A stretch of DNA of 64,000 nucleotides. Origin: Bacteroidota bacterium (GTDB taxonomy: Bacteria; Bacteroidota; Bacteroidia; Bacteroidales; GCA-2711565). Below the pieces are notes generated by a model. It ran no database searches and was not told the DNA's origin. It was given only the letters and a program-made list of their open reading frames with translations. Made by a program: the position numbers and the translations under genes. The stretch is from the NCBI GenBank assembly GCA_018816945.1, contig JAHIVC010000099.1:128554-192553 (forward strand), in the 5' to 3' direction. Shown piece by piece: positions 9,278 to 19,745 of this stretch; position 1 is the stretch's first letter; each line of letters opens with the position of its first letter.

Positions 9278-10162
9278 ATGAATCCATTTGTTTTTCAGAT
9301 TTACAGAATTGTTGTTCCAAAATTTATCCGTAAAAGAATTCTTGCCCAAAGACTTCCCAAGGCTATTCAGAATTATTACAGAGGTCTTTCTGAGGCTCCG
9401 ACAGAAGAAATTGCATCAGTCCTCAATTACTTAAGCAGAAAATCAATTGCCATATTTCCGTATGATTTTCAGGATCAATATATTGCGGATAAAATTGAGG
9501 TTTTCAATGATCAGGTAAAAGGATTACGTTACGTTTTACTTGATGGAAAAAGGCTGTATTTCAAAAAGAGATGGGGCAAGAAAAAGATTCAATATCTTTA
9601 TAATCTGTTATCAAAAGAACAGGACATCCGAAGTCCACACCGTTACCTAACCGAACAATTCGGATTTAATTATGGTGAAGTACTTGTTGATGTTGGCGCT
9701 GCCGAAGGTAATTTTGCTTTAAGCATTGTGGAAAAAGCATCGCGGATTATTCTTTTTGAAGCAGACAAAGAATGGATTGAACCATTAAACGCTACTTTTG
9801 AACCCTGGAAAGAAAAAGTTGAGATAATAAATAAATTTGTAAGTAACATTACCGATTCGCAGAACACCAAGCTCGATGATTATATTTCAATTGATGGTGC
9901 TGGAACATTCCTGAAGATTGATGTGGAAGGAGCTGAGTCAAAATTATTAAATGGCTGTAAACGAATTCTTTCGGAACAAAAACCACTAAAGGTTGCGATT
10001 TGTAGCTATCACAAACAAAACGACGAGAAAGAGTTTTCTTCACTTCTGACTCAGAATGGCTTTAAAATTTCACATTCTGATGGTTATATGCTTTTCTATT
10101 ATGATAAAAAGATGAAAGCCCCATATTTAAGAAGAGGATTGATTAGGGCAGAAAAGTCTTGA
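9278..10162 (+). CDS. FkbM-family SAM-dependent methyltransferase
   Basis: Motifs are VDVGAAEGNFAL (SAM motif I) and KIDVEGAESKLLNG, typical of the FkbM family. Confidence 0.82.
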   Translation: MNPFVFQIYRIVVPKFIRKRILAQRLPKAIQNYYRGLSEAPTEEIASVLNYLSRKSIAIFPYDFQDQYIADKIEVFNDQVKGLRYVLLDGKRLYFKKRWGKKKIQYLYNLLSKEQDIRSPHRYLTEQFGFNYGEVLVDVGAAEGNFALSIVEKASRIILFEADKEWIEPLNATFEPWKEKVEIINKFVSNITDSQNTKLDDYISIDGAGTFLKIDVEGAESKLLNGCKRILSEQKPLKVAICSYHKQNDEKEFSSLLTQNGFKISHSDGYMLFYYDKKMKAPYLRRGLIRAEKS

Positions 10163-10355
10163 ATCCTGACGAATTGAGGTGTCATGATCTGCTTCGAGTA
10201 AAACTATCTTTTTCACATACTTTGTTATTTTTGCCCAAAGTAAGTGATTAATTTATTGGTATTTGTAGCGATACAAATTACAAAAATGCTAATGGGTTTA
10301 TTAAAGATCGGATTGAAAATCCATATTTTATTTTTTTCTCCGCCAGTTTTGGTCG

Positions 10356-10576
10356 CCAAGGCTTATCATTATAATAATTATGAGATGTATAGCAAATTTT
10401 CATTTGTTTAAAAATATATACAACTTCAGGTAAGTTAGTTTATCGATGGCGCAAACCGATAAAATTGCTGCTCTTTTGATATATAAGACAACTTAACCAT
10501 ATAAAAGATTACAATATTAATTGCTTCTCAAAAAGAATATTTAACTTGTAGCTTCGTTTACATAATGGCAAATGAT
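10356..10576. repeat. Direct repeat copy 2 (~221 bp): a remnant of the ABC-ATPase 5' end, the intergenic region, and the true histidine-kinase start
   Basis: It begins ccaaggcttatcatt, versus ccaagtcttatcatc at 8026. Read on the minus strand this gives ATGATAAGCCTTGG, against ATGATGATAAGACTTGG at the real ATPase start. Confidence 0.85.
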
Positions 10577-12097
10577 AAAAAACAAGCACACTTGAATATC
10601 TATTTAAAAAAAAGAAGGTGGAAGGTATTATTGCTCACCATGGCAATCATTATCGTGGGTGGTTCGCTTTGGTATACCAATACGCTTGTTGCTAAATTTG
10701 CTCAAAATGAGCGAACAAACGTCAGCATTTGGGCAAATGCCATTCAGCGCAAAGCCGACCTTGTAAATTATACCGATGAGTTTTTTGAAGGCATTCGTAA
10801 GGAAGAACAAAAGCGGGCCGAATTATTAGCTGAAACCTACAAAAGAATTGCCAACGAGAGCAGTTCAAACGATATTACTTTTTATGCAAATATCATCCTG
10901 AATAATACAACAATTCCGGTGATACTAACCAATCAAAACGACAGCATACTTGGAAGCCTAAATGTTGATTTTAATACAGACAGTATTTTATTTTTAAGCG
11001 GTAATTTAAAAAATGAATTTCTCATATTTGATCCGATTTATGCCGAATATGCTCCTAATGAAATAAGAATTCTGTATTACAAAGAATCCACCATTTTTAC
11101 GGAATTACGCTTGGTTTTAGATGATTTGATCGAAACCTTTTTTTCGGAAGTGGTAACAAATTCTGTTTCGGTTCCGGTAATTGTTACTGATAGCACACTT
11201 GAAAATATTTATGCATACGGCAATATTGATTCTGTTAAAATGCAGGACAAATTATTTATCAGTAACAAGATTGCCCATATGTCGAAAGAAATTAAACCCA
11301 TACAATTACACCTTCCGAAAAGCGGTACCACCTATATTTTTTATGAGGATTCTGAATTGTTAACACGAATCCGGTATTACCCATTTATACAATTTATCAT
11401 TGTTGGATTATTTTTTTTCATAGCATATTTATTATTTAGCACCGCCCGAAAATCAGAACAAAATCAGGTTTGGGTTGGGATGTCAAAAGAAACAGCTCAT
11501 CAACTGGGTACACCTATTTCATCAATGATGGCTTGGATTGAGTTATTAAAATTGAAGGGGGTCGACGATGAATTGGTTTCTGAAATTGAAAAGGATATAG
11601 AACGATTGCAAAACATCACCGAGCGTTTCTCTAAAATTGGTTCACCACCGAAACTTGAAGATGAAAATATTGTGCAACTATTATATGATGGAGTTGATTA
11701 TCTTAACAAAAGGACCTCAAAAAAAATCAGTTATAAGATTAATCAATCGGCCGATCTTGCTATAATTGCACCTATTAATAAAAACTTGTTTGGCTGGGTA
11801 ATTGAAAATTTGTGTAAGAATGCGATTGATGCAATGAATGGTTCAGGTCAAATCATCATTAACATTCAAGAAGAAAAACAGGGTGTGGTCATTGATATTT
11901 CCGACACTGGAAAAGGAATTGCGTTGTCGAATTTTAAAACTGTTTTTGACCCTGGTTTTACAAGTAAACAAAGAGGGTGGGGGCTTGGTTTATCACTTTC
12001 AAAAAGAATTATTAAAAACTACCATAAAGGTAAAATCTTTGTGCAATCATCCATAGTTGGCCAGGGAACAACTTTTCGTATTGTATTAAATAAGTAA
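10565..12097 (+). CDS. Sensor histidine kinase (orphan, no adjacent response regulator)
   Basis: There are two TM segments flanking a ~250-aa extracytoplasmic domain. The H-box is ETAHQLGTPISS, the N-box is NLCKNAIDAM, G1 is DTGKGI, and G2 is GWGLGLS. Confidence 0.88.
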   Translation: MANDKKQAHLNIYLKKRRWKVLLLTMAIIIVGGSLWYTNTLVAKFAQNERTNVSIWANAIQRKADLVNYTDEFFEGIRKEEQKRAELLAETYKRIANESSSNDITFYANIILNNTTIPVILTNQNDSILGSLNVDFNTDSILFLSGNLKNEFLIFDPIYAEYAPNEIRILYYKESTIFTELRLVLDDLIETFFSEVVTNSVSVPVIVTDSTLENIYAYGNIDSVKMQDKLFISNKIAHMSKEIKPIQLHLPKSGTTYIFYEDSELLTRIRYYPFIQFIIVGLFFFIAYLLFSTARKSEQNQVWVGMSKETAHQLGTPISSMMAWIELLKLKGVDDELVSEIEKDIERLQNITERFSKIGSPPKLEDENIVQLLYDGVDYLNKRTSKKISYKINQSADLAIIAPINKNLFGWVIENLCKNAIDAMNGSGQIIINIQEEKQGVVIDISDTGKGIALSNFKTVFDPGFTSKQRGWGLGLSLSKRIIKNYHKGKIFVQSSIVGQGTTFRIVLNK

Positions 12098-12102
12098 ATT
12101 TG
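12095..12102 (+). promoter_or_regulatory. Candidate -7 promoter element (TAnnTTTG) for hemW
   Basis: The sequence taaatttg lies 28 nt upstream of the ATG at 12130. Confidence 0.3.
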
Positions 12103-12129
12103 CATTTCCCTCAACCCTAAAAAACAATT

Positions 12130-13275
12130 ATGGCCGGCATTTATATTCACATTCCTTTTTGTAAACAAAAATGCCATTATTGTAATTTCTTTTCCAGTGT
12201 TTCGAATAATCAGAAAGATGAATTCTTAAAATCATTGCAACTTGAAATAGGCCAACAGAAAGATTATTTATTGGGTGAGGAAATCTTGACCGTTTATTTT
12301 GGTGGTGGTACCCCTTCTTTATTAAAAAGAGCAGAAATTGAGCATATTATTCAAAAGTTAAAGAACACTTTTTATATCAGTAAAAATGCCGAATACACCC
12401 TTGAGGTAAATCCGGATGACTTAAGCGAAGACAAAAGTAAAGAGTTGATAGATGCGGGAATTAACAGATTAAGTATCGGGGTTCAATCTTTTCATGATGA
12501 GGATTTAAAGTATTTGAATCGGGTACACAGTGCAACGCAAGCCCATCGGGCAATTGAAGGAGCTTTAAAAAGCGGGTTTACAAACTTAACCATCGACCTG
12601 ATTTATGGAATCCCAACTTTAAACTCAGAAAATTGGATAAAGAACCTTAATCTTTTTTTTGATTATAGACTTCCGCATTTGTCGGCGTATGCGTTAACCG
12701 TTGAGCCGAATACACCTTTGCATGTTTTAATTACAAAAAATAAAATTGCTGGAATAGATGAGCAAAATATGGTCGATCATTTCCGTATTTTACTTGAACT
12801 AACAAAAACCCATGATTTTACTCAATATGAAATTTCAAATTTCAGCAAAGTCGGGTATAATTCAAAACATAACAGTCTCTATTGGTCGGGGGGAAACTAT
12901 TTAGGGTTGGGCCCTTCGGCACATTCGTACAATGGCATATCACGCCAATGGAATTATTCTTCACTAAGTAAGTACCTTAAACTGGACGATTTGAAAACCG
13001 TAGTTTATGAAAAAGAAATTTTAACTACACAGCAGAAATACAATGAGTATGTAATGACCTCAATCAGGACATCATGGGGCTGCAACCTGGACTATATTTC
13101 AACTGTTTTCGGTGAAGAGTTTCAACAACACTGCAAAAATTCGGCAAAACCTCATCTGGATTCCAAAAAACTTAAAATGATCGGAAACATATTACTGTTA
13201 ACTGACAATGGTAAATTATTTGCCGACGGAATTACCGCTGATCTGTTTTATGAATATAAAGGTCATTTAATCTAA
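12130..13275 (+). CDS. hemW: Radical SAM heme chaperone HemW (HemN-like, oxygen-independent coproporphyrinogen oxidase family)
   Basis: The N-terminus is GIYIHIPFCKQKCHYCNF (CxxxCxxC). GGGTPS and a HemN_C-like tail are present. Confidence 0.9.
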   Translation: MAGIYIHIPFCKQKCHYCNFFSSVSNNQKDEFLKSLQLEIGQQKDYLLGEEILTVYFGGGTPSLLKRAEIEHIIQKLKNTFYISKNAEYTLEVNPDDLSEDKSKELIDAGINRLSIGVQSFHDEDLKYLNRVHSATQAHRAIEGALKSGFTNLTIDLIYGIPTLNSENWIKNLNLFFDYRLPHLSAYALTVEPNTPLHVLITKNKIAGIDEQNMVDHFRILLELTKTHDFTQYEISNFSKVGYNSKHNSLYWSGGNYLGLGPSAHSYNGISRQWNYSSLSKYLKLDDLKTVVYEKEILTTQQKYNEYVMTSIRTSWGCNLDYISTVFGEEFQQHCKNSAKPHLDSKKLKMIGNILLLTDNGKLFADGITADLFYEYKGHLI

Positions 13276-14332
13276 ATTTAAGATAAACTGGATTATGGTC
13301 AGAATTTTCAAATTTCAGGTTAAACACAAAATTTTCAACAACCTCAACATTGGGCGATACAATAAAATAATCAATACTCGATTTTTTAGTTTCGAGCTCA
13401 TCGTAAGGGAAATTTAATTCACGATTTGTAAATTGCAACCTGTCGTAGGCCCAAACCCATTCTTCAGGTAGGAAGTCGTCCGTAAAAGAAGGCATAGATA
13501 CTTGAAGCTTCGCCAAATCTCCATGAAAATCATTATTAAATCGGGCAGGAAGCCGATTCCAATCTCCTCCAGCAATCACATAATTTCCAGCACTGAATTC
13601 TTCCAACATTTTCTCGCGAATAACATCCAATTCTATTTTCCTAAGGGAATCATTGGTGACATAATAAGAATTATGGGTATTTAGAAGTACCAGATGTTTA
13701 TCATTCGGGAGCAAAAATCTGGTCAAGATAAAACAGCGATCTAATAAAAATAAATTATCGGGCCAGGATGCGATATTGGGATAAGCATATCTGCAAGCTT
13801 CAATGAGTGCATACTTCGAAAAACTCATCATTCCTGCTTCAACTTTTCCCATTGGATTAAGTAATGGGACCGGAACCCAACTTACCGAATAATTGATTGC
13901 CCTTGCACTATTGTATGCGCCCAACGATTCAGTAAGTTTTTGCATTTGATCCACAAAATAACTTCTCTTCGAATGCAGATCAACTTCCTGAAAAAACCAA
14001 AAATCGACTGAGTCGATCTTTTCAATGAACGAAAAATTATTTTTCAAATATTTTAGACTTAATTTTTCGCTGGTCCTTACTTGTTGTCCACCATCATAAA
14101 AGAAATCCATTTCCTTGCCTAAACCATTATAACCAATATTCCAAGAGATAACTGAAAAAGTTGTATCGTTTTCAATTTGAGAAACATTGATTTGATTAAA
14201 TATCAAAGGCATAAAATCAGGCGGACTGTAATCTTTCAGGCTGATAAAGATCAGAAAAGAGCCAAAAAGAATAATTAAAATTCCAAAAAAGAGGCCTGTT
14301 TTTTTAATAAGTTTTTTAAATCTTGCAACCAT
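13232..14332 (-). CDS. Endonuclease/exonuclease/phosphatase (EEP) family protein, membrane-anchored
   Basis: Motifs are SWNIGYNG near the N-terminus, GGDWN, and the C-terminal SDHNPV. I prefer the ATG at 14332 (MVARFKKLIKKTGLFFGILIILF, TM anchor) over the TTG at 14407 used in the ORF track. The 3' end overlaps hemW convergently by 44 nt. Confidence 0.75.
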   Translation of the reverse strand: MVARFKKLIKKTGLFFGILIILFGSFLIFISLKDYSPPDFMPLIFNQINVSQIENDTTFSVISWNIGYNGLGKEMDFFYDGGQQVRTSEKLSLKYLKNNFSFIEKIDSVDFWFFQEVDLHSKRSYFVDQMQKLTESLGAYNSARAINYSVSWVPVPLLNPMGKVEAGMMSFSKYALIEACRYAYPNIASWPDNLFLLDRCFILTRFLLPNDKHLVLLNTHNSYYVTNDSLRKIELDVIREKMLEEFSAGNYVIAGGDWNRLPARFNNDFHGDLAKLQVSMPSFTDDFLPEEWVWAYDRLQFTNRELNFPYDELETKKSSIDYFIVSPNVEVVENFVFNLKFENSDHNPVYLKFRLNDLYIHKTDQR

Positions 14333-14400
14333 TGTTAAACGAAGATATAAAATATGGTAAATTTTTCTAATTTTACTCAACAATTTATTATTAGATACAT

Positions 14401-15942
14401 ATGCCAATACTGGGAGCCATTATTAAGAAAGCTTACGAGCTTCGTAATATCCCTTTCGAAATGAAGGGTAAAACTGATGCGCAGACTTCTCAAAAGAAGG
14501 TGTTGTATAAACTATTAAAAAAAGCTCAACATACCGCTTTTGGAGAGCATTACAAATTTCGAGAGATATTAAAGCAGGATGATATCATAAAAGCATACAA
14601 AGAACGGGTTCCTGTTTTCGATTATAATGCAATGTTTCGCAAGTGGTGGTATCGTTCTCTAAACGGCGAATCATATGTTAGTTGGCCTGGCAGGGTGAAG
14701 TATTTTGCTTTGACATCAGGAACATCAGAGGCTTCAAGTAAGCAAATCCCTGTTACCTCCGACATGATCCGTGCCATCAAAACTACCAGTATTCGTCAAC
14801 TTGTATCAATGGTTCATTACAATTTCCCGATCGACTTTTATGAAAAAGGAATGTTGGCCATTGGCGGAAGCACCCATTTAAATTATAACGGCACTTATTA
14901 CGAGGGAGATCTTTCGGGAATTCAGGCTGGAAATATTCCGTTTTGGTTTCAGCATTTTTACAAACCGGGGAAGCGAATTTCAAAAGAACATGACTGGGCC
15001 ACTAAACTTGAAGAAATTGTAAAAAAAGCCAAAGACTGGGATATTGGGATCATTGTTGGCGTTCCGGCATGGATTCAAATAATTTTAGAAAGAATTATTT
15101 CTCGCTATAATCTGAAAACCATCCATGACATATGGCCAAATTTATCAGTTTATGCACATAGTGGCGTTTCTTTTGAACCTTACACAAAAAGCTTCGAAAA
15201 ACTTTTTTCAAAACCGATCATTTATATTGAATCTTATCTGGCATCGGAAGGATATGTTGCCTATCAAAACAGATTGGACTCAAAGGGCATGCATATGGTA
15301 TTAGACCGTGGTTTGTTTTTTGAATTTGTTCCGTTTAATGATAAAAATTTCGATTACGAAGGGAATATTAAGGAAAACCCACAAGCGCTAACCATTAATG
15401 AGGTTGAAGAAGGAAAAGAATATGCGCTTTTATTAAGTACTTGCGCAGGATCGTGGAGATATTTAATTGGTGACACAATTAGGTTTAATTCAATCGAAAA
15501 TCAAGAAATTGTTATAACAGGCCGAACAAAACACTTCCTTAGTATTTGTGGAGAACATTTATCTCAGGAAAATATGAACCGCGCAATTAAAATGCTTCAG
15601 GACGAATTAAATGTTGAGATCAACGAATTTACTGTTGCCGGAATTCGCTACGGTTCACTTTTTGCACATAAATGGTTTCTTGGAACTAACGATGCGCTAG
15701 ATCCTATGATTGCTAAAGAGAAAATTGATTGTTATTTAAAAAAACTGAATGATGATTACAGGGTAGAACGAATTGAAGCCATAAAAGAAGTATATATAGA
15801 AATTTACCCGCTTGAATACTTTCAAAATTGGATGAAAATTCACGGAAAAGAAGGGGGTGCACACAAATTTCCTCGTGTTCTTAAAAACGACAAACTTAAG
15901 GCATGGGAAGAATATTTACTAACTCAAGCCAAAGCGATATAA
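14401..15942 (+). CDS. GH3 auxin-responsive-promoter family protein (acyl-adenylate-forming enzyme superfamily)
   Basis: The length (~510 aa) and N-terminal pattern (LKKAQHTAFGEHYKF, FALTSGTS) match the bacterial GH3 family. Confidence 0.78.
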   Translation: MPILGAIIKKAYELRNIPFEMKGKTDAQTSQKKVLYKLLKKAQHTAFGEHYKFREILKQDDIIKAYKERVPVFDYNAMFRKWWYRSLNGESYVSWPGRVKYFALTSGTSEASSKQIPVTSDMIRAIKTTSIRQLVSMVHYNFPIDFYEKGMLAIGGSTHLNYNGTYYEGDLSGIQAGNIPFWFQHFYKPGKRISKEHDWATKLEEIVKKAKDWDIGIIVGVPAWIQIILERIISRYNLKTIHDIWPNLSVYAHSGVSFEPYTKSFEKLFSKPIIYIESYLASEGYVAYQNRLDSKGMHMVLDRGLFFEFVPFNDKNFDYEGNIKENPQALTINEVEEGKEYALLLSTCAGSWRYLIGDTIRFNSIENQEIVITGRTKHFLSICGEHLSQENMNRAIKMLQDELNVEINEFTVAGIRYGSLFAHKWFLGTNDALDPMIAKEKIDCYLKKLNDDYRVERIEAIKEVYIEIYPLEYFQNWMKIHGKEGGAHKFPRVLKNDKLKAWEEYLLTQAKAI

Positions 15943-16569
15943 ATGGGTCCATTAATTGACGGAGTAATATTAGGATTAACATTAGCTATTTTTTTTGGTT
16001 TTGGACCTGCATTATTTGCATTGCTACAGACTACCATTCATCGTGGATTTTTATCGGGATTATTGCTTGCAATTGGTATTTTTTTGAGCGATCTTGTATT
16101 GGTGGCACTTTGTTTTTTGGGAGCCATTCAGATCATCTCAAAACCGGAAAACGGCCTTGCCTTCGGGATTGTAAGCGGTATTGTGCTTATCATTTTTGGT
16201 ATTGTTACCTATACCCGTCAGTCACAACTTAAAAATGGTGTGGATTTTAATACCAAAACACCCTGGATCGGGACTTACATTTTTAAAGGGTTTTTTCTAA
16301 ATATTGCCAATCCTTTTGTTTGGATATTTTGGATGGGTGTAGTAGTGGGAATAACTGCTAATTACGAGGCAAATGTCCGCTCTTTGTATATTTTCTTTAC
16401 TGCGACCCTGTTAACCGTTTTATCAACTGATATTCTCAAATGTTTTGCTTCCTACAAAATTAAGCGGTTCCTTACCCCAAACATTATGGTATGGATTAAT
16501 CGGATGGCAGGTATAGGTTTGGTATTGTTTGGATTATTTTTGATAATCAAAGCAATTATTGTTTTTTAG
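15943..16569 (+). CDS. LysE-family amino-acid translocator
   Basis: It is a 208-aa protein with six predicted TM segments, an N-terminal GPxxxxxL pattern, and NPFVWIFW. Its start abuts the GH3 stop (taaATG). Confidence 0.75.
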   Translation: MGPLIDGVILGLTLAIFFGFGPALFALLQTTIHRGFLSGLLLAIGIFLSDLVLVALCFLGAIQIISKPENGLAFGIVSGIVLIIFGIVTYTRQSQLKNGVDFNTKTPWIGTYIFKGFFLNIANPFVWIFWMGVVVGITANYEANVRSLYIFFTATLLTVLSTDILKCFASYKIKRFLTPNIMVWINRMAGIGLVLFGLFLIIKAIIVF

Positions 16570-16586
16570 TCTAAGCCGATCAATGA

Positions 16587-18332
16587 TTACTCCCTTACTT
16601 TAATATCCTTAATGTTTAACTGAAGCTTAACATTTCCGTTCCATTCATTTTCCTCAATGTGATAACAAATATCAAACGGAAGTCCACTTCGGATGTGGTC
16701 GAAATATTCAGCTTGCTGAAATGCAATGGCAGGAAATGGGAGTCCCGAAATCAATTGATGGATCACATTTAATTTTAAATGATTTACCCCAACTATTTTA
16801 GAAAAGCCCGCATCCACAACTTCATCTGCTTTAAATGTTGGAGACATATTTCCCGGGCCAAATGGAGCAAACTGTTTCAATATTCGGTAAAACTTAGTAT
16901 CAATTTTATTTAAGCTGAGCAAAGCATCAATTTCAATTTCAGGAACCTGCATTTCTTCGCTGATATTATCGCTTACGTATTTTTCAAAACGCACCGTAAA
17001 TAATTCAAGGTTTTCAGGCTGCAAGGATAAGCCGGCAGCATACTTATGGCCCCCAAAATGCTCCAATAAATCACTACAATGATCAATGGCATCGTATACA
17101 TCAAAATCCTTAATAGAACGTGCTGATCCGGTAATTAAACCTTTCGATTTTGTAAATACGATGGTTGGCCTGTAATAATATTCAGTTAGTCGTGAAGCAA
17201 CAATACCAATAATTCCCTTATGCCATTCAGGATAATAAACAACTGTACTTTTTAAATTCGGATTGTTTTTATTCGAAGCTATTAATTCAAGTGCATGTTG
17301 GGTTGCCGACGAATCCAGGTTTCTTCTTTCGGTATTTAATGAATTTATTTTTTCGGCCAATTCAGTCGCATAAGCTCCATTGTCCGAAATTAATAATTCA
17401 ACGGAATTTCGGGCATTTTTAATTCGCCCTGCCGCATTGATCCGAGGACCAACCAAAAAAACCAAATCACTTATGGTTAATTCTCTGTTAAAAAACTGAT
17501 CCGAATCGACCTCACTCTGTTTTTTAACATTACTGTATTTTAATATTGCCTCAATACCATGCCGGGGAAACGAATTTATTTGCTTCAAACCATAGTATGC
17601 AAGGGTTCTGTTTTCGCCGGTTACGGGTACAATATCTGCGGCAATACTCACTGCAACAAGATCCAGCAGATCGAAAATATCCAATGGAGTAACATTGTTT
17701 TTTTTCTCAAAAGCCTGTACGAGTTTAAACCCAACCCCACACCCTGATAATTCATTAAACGGATAATTACAATCCGATCTTTTAGGATCTAAAATTGCAC
17801 AGGCGGCCGGAAGTTCATCACCCGGACGATGATGATCACAAATCACAAAATCAATATTTTTTGAGGTGGCGTAAGCAACTTTTTCGATTTCCTTAATACC
17901 GCAATCTAAAGCAATTATTAATGAAAATCCATTTTTATCAGCATAATCAATTCCCTGAAAAGAGATTCCATAACCTTCTGAATACCGATCTGGAATATAA
18001 AAATCGATGCGATTATAAAATGATTTAAAATAGGTATAAACCAATGCAACCGCTGTTGTACCATCCACATCATAGTCGCCATAAATTAAAATGTTTTCAT
18101 CATTTGCAAGGGCTTTTTCTATTCGTTCAATGGCCCTATCCATATCTTTCATTAAAAAGGGGTCGTGTAAATGGGCTAGCTGAGGACGAAAAAAATATTT
18201 GGATTGCTCGTAAGTATAAATTCCTCTTTGAACAAGCAGGTTAGCAATATCGTCAGTAATACTTAATACCTGAGCCAGTTTTTTGATTTTTTCTTCATCA
18301 CCTCTTTCTTTTATAACCCAGCGTTTTTCCAT
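16587..18332 (-). CDS. recJ: Single-stranded-DNA-specific exonuclease RecJ
   Basis: DHH motifs are present (GDYDVDGTT, DCG, ICDHH, GGHKYAAG) and the length is 581 aa. Confidence 0.93.
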   Translation of the reverse strand: MEKRWVIKERGDEEKIKKLAQVLSITDDIANLLVQRGIYTYEQSKYFFRPQLAHLHDPFLMKDMDRAIERIEKALANDENILIYGDYDVDGTTAVALVYTYFKSFYNRIDFYIPDRYSEGYGISFQGIDYADKNGFSLIIALDCGIKEIEKVAYATSKNIDFVICDHHRPGDELPAACAILDPKRSDCNYPFNELSGCGVGFKLVQAFEKKNNVTPLDIFDLLDLVAVSIAADIVPVTGENRTLAYYGLKQINSFPRHGIEAILKYSNVKKQSEVDSDQFFNRELTISDLVFLVGPRINAAGRIKNARNSVELLISDNGAYATELAEKINSLNTERRNLDSSATQHALELIASNKNNPNLKSTVVYYPEWHKGIIGIVASRLTEYYYRPTIVFTKSKGLITGSARSIKDFDVYDAIDHCSDLLEHFGGHKYAAGLSLQPENLELFTVRFEKYVSDNISEEMQVPEIEIDALLSLNKIDTKFYRILKQFAPFGPGNMSPTFKADEVVDAGFSKIVGVNHLKLNVIHQLISGLPFPAIAFQQAEYFDHIRSGLPFDICYHIEENEWNGNVKLQLNIKDIKVRE

Positions 18333-18500
18333 AGTATTAAATCTTGATATAAAGATAGGGATTATGACTGCATTATTAATGTCGGGTTTTAAACAATTGA
18401 TATCCTTTCTTCCACAAATATCAATGATATATACGATCTATCAGTAATTCGGTTTTATCCGGAACAATTCCTAAACCTTCAGAAATTGAAGTGGTTAAAC

Positions 18501-19745
18501 CTAAAAGGTTGAACGCATAGCATCTACCGGATTAAGTTTAGAAGCATTATATGCGGGTATTGAACCTGATACCAAACCTATAACACCGGAAACGCCAACA
18601 CCTAAAAGTATATTATTTAGAGTAAGAACAAGCTGAAATGATAGACTCTGTGTGTTCACCAAAATAGTCATAAGAAAAATGATGAGCAAACCTGCCATCC
18701 CACCAAGAATTGACAAGAAAATAGCTTCGAATAAAAACTGCAATAATATAAAGTAGTTTTTAGCTCCCAATGATTTTTGAATTCCTATTTGACTGGTCCG
18801 CTCTTTAACCGATACAAACATGATATTGGCAATTCCAAAGCCCCCGACCAGTAGTGAAAAGCCACCAATAATCCAGCCAACTGCTGAAATTACAGCAAAT
18901 AAACTATCAAATTGTTTAGATATTAAATCGGTTTCGTTTATAGAAAAGTCATCTTCTTCTAAAGGCTTTAATTTATGCAAGGATCTTAATATGCCGGTTA
19001 ATTCATCGCGCATTTCATCATTGCTGATATTTGGTTTACCCTTTACGATAATATTTGATGAAACACTGCGTAAATCAATCACTGTTCTAATAAAATTTAA
19101 TGGTATAAGGCTCTGATCATCCGGGGTGGTTCCAAAAATATTTTCCCCTTCTTTAACGGTAACTCCAACTACTTCAACATTTCTACCAAATATTTTTAAT
19201 GTTTTACCAATAGGATCTTGATTTTCAAACATCTGTTCGGCAATATCACTGCCGATTATAACAACCGGTTTACCCCCAGCCGATTCAATGGGGGTGAAAT
19301 ACCTACCTTCTTGCAAGTCTAAGCTCATTACTTTTTCATAATCGTGAGATCCGGCAATGATTGTAGCGTTTTCAATGCTTCTGGTTCCATATTTCAAAGT
19401 ACGGTTTACAGCAGTCATAAATGCTGCAGATTGAATGGTGTTGCTTCTTTTTTGAATTTCTTCCAATTCGCTTATTTTGGGTTCAGGTCTTTGAATATAT
19501 TTCCACCAGGGGAAATTTCCATCCATAACCCAAGGCCATTTTTGAACAAATAATACATTATCACCCAATGAATCGATGGTTTTATGAACAGATCTTTCCA
19601 TCGAATCAAAAACCGTAAAAATTGAAATAATGGAAAAAATTCCAATGGTAATGCCTAATAGCGATAAAAAAGTACGGGTTTTGTTTACTATGATAGCCTG
19701 TAGTGCGAATAAATAACTTTCCCGAATAAGTCTAAATAATATCAT
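18501..19745 (-). CDS. ABC transporter permease, MacB/FtsX-like (stand-alone)
   Basis: It has a MacB_PCD-like periplasmic domain and a C-terminal FtsX bundle (KERTSQIGIQKSLGAK). Confidence 0.82.
   Translation of the reverse strand: MILFRLIRESYLFALQAIIVNKTRTFLSLLGITIGIFSIISIFTVFDSMERSVHKTIDSLGDNVLFVQKWPWVMDGNFPWWKYIQRPEPKISELEEIQKRSNTIQSAAFMTAVNRTLKYGTRSIENATIIAGSHDYEKVMSLDLQEGRYFTPIESAGGKPVVIIGSDIAEQMFENQDPIGKTLKIFGRNVEVVGVTVKEGENIFGTTPDDQSLIPLNFIRTVIDLRSVSSNIIVKGKPNISNDEMRDELTGILRSLHKLKPLEEDDFSINETDLISKQFDSLFAVISAVGWIIGGFSLLVGGFGIANIMFVSVKERTSQIGIQKSLGAKNYFILLQFLFEAIFLSILGGMAGLLIIFLMTILVNTQSLSFQLVLTLNNILLGVGVSGVIGLVSGSIPAYNASKLNPVDAMRSTF

Noticed and set aside
14333-14407. The TTG-initiated N-terminal extension of the EEP gene, which would overlap the divergent GH3 start codon by 7 nt.
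   Set aside because: The internal ATG at 14332 gives a typical basic-then-hydrophobic membrane anchor and leaves a normal divergent promoter spacer. The extension has no conserved look.
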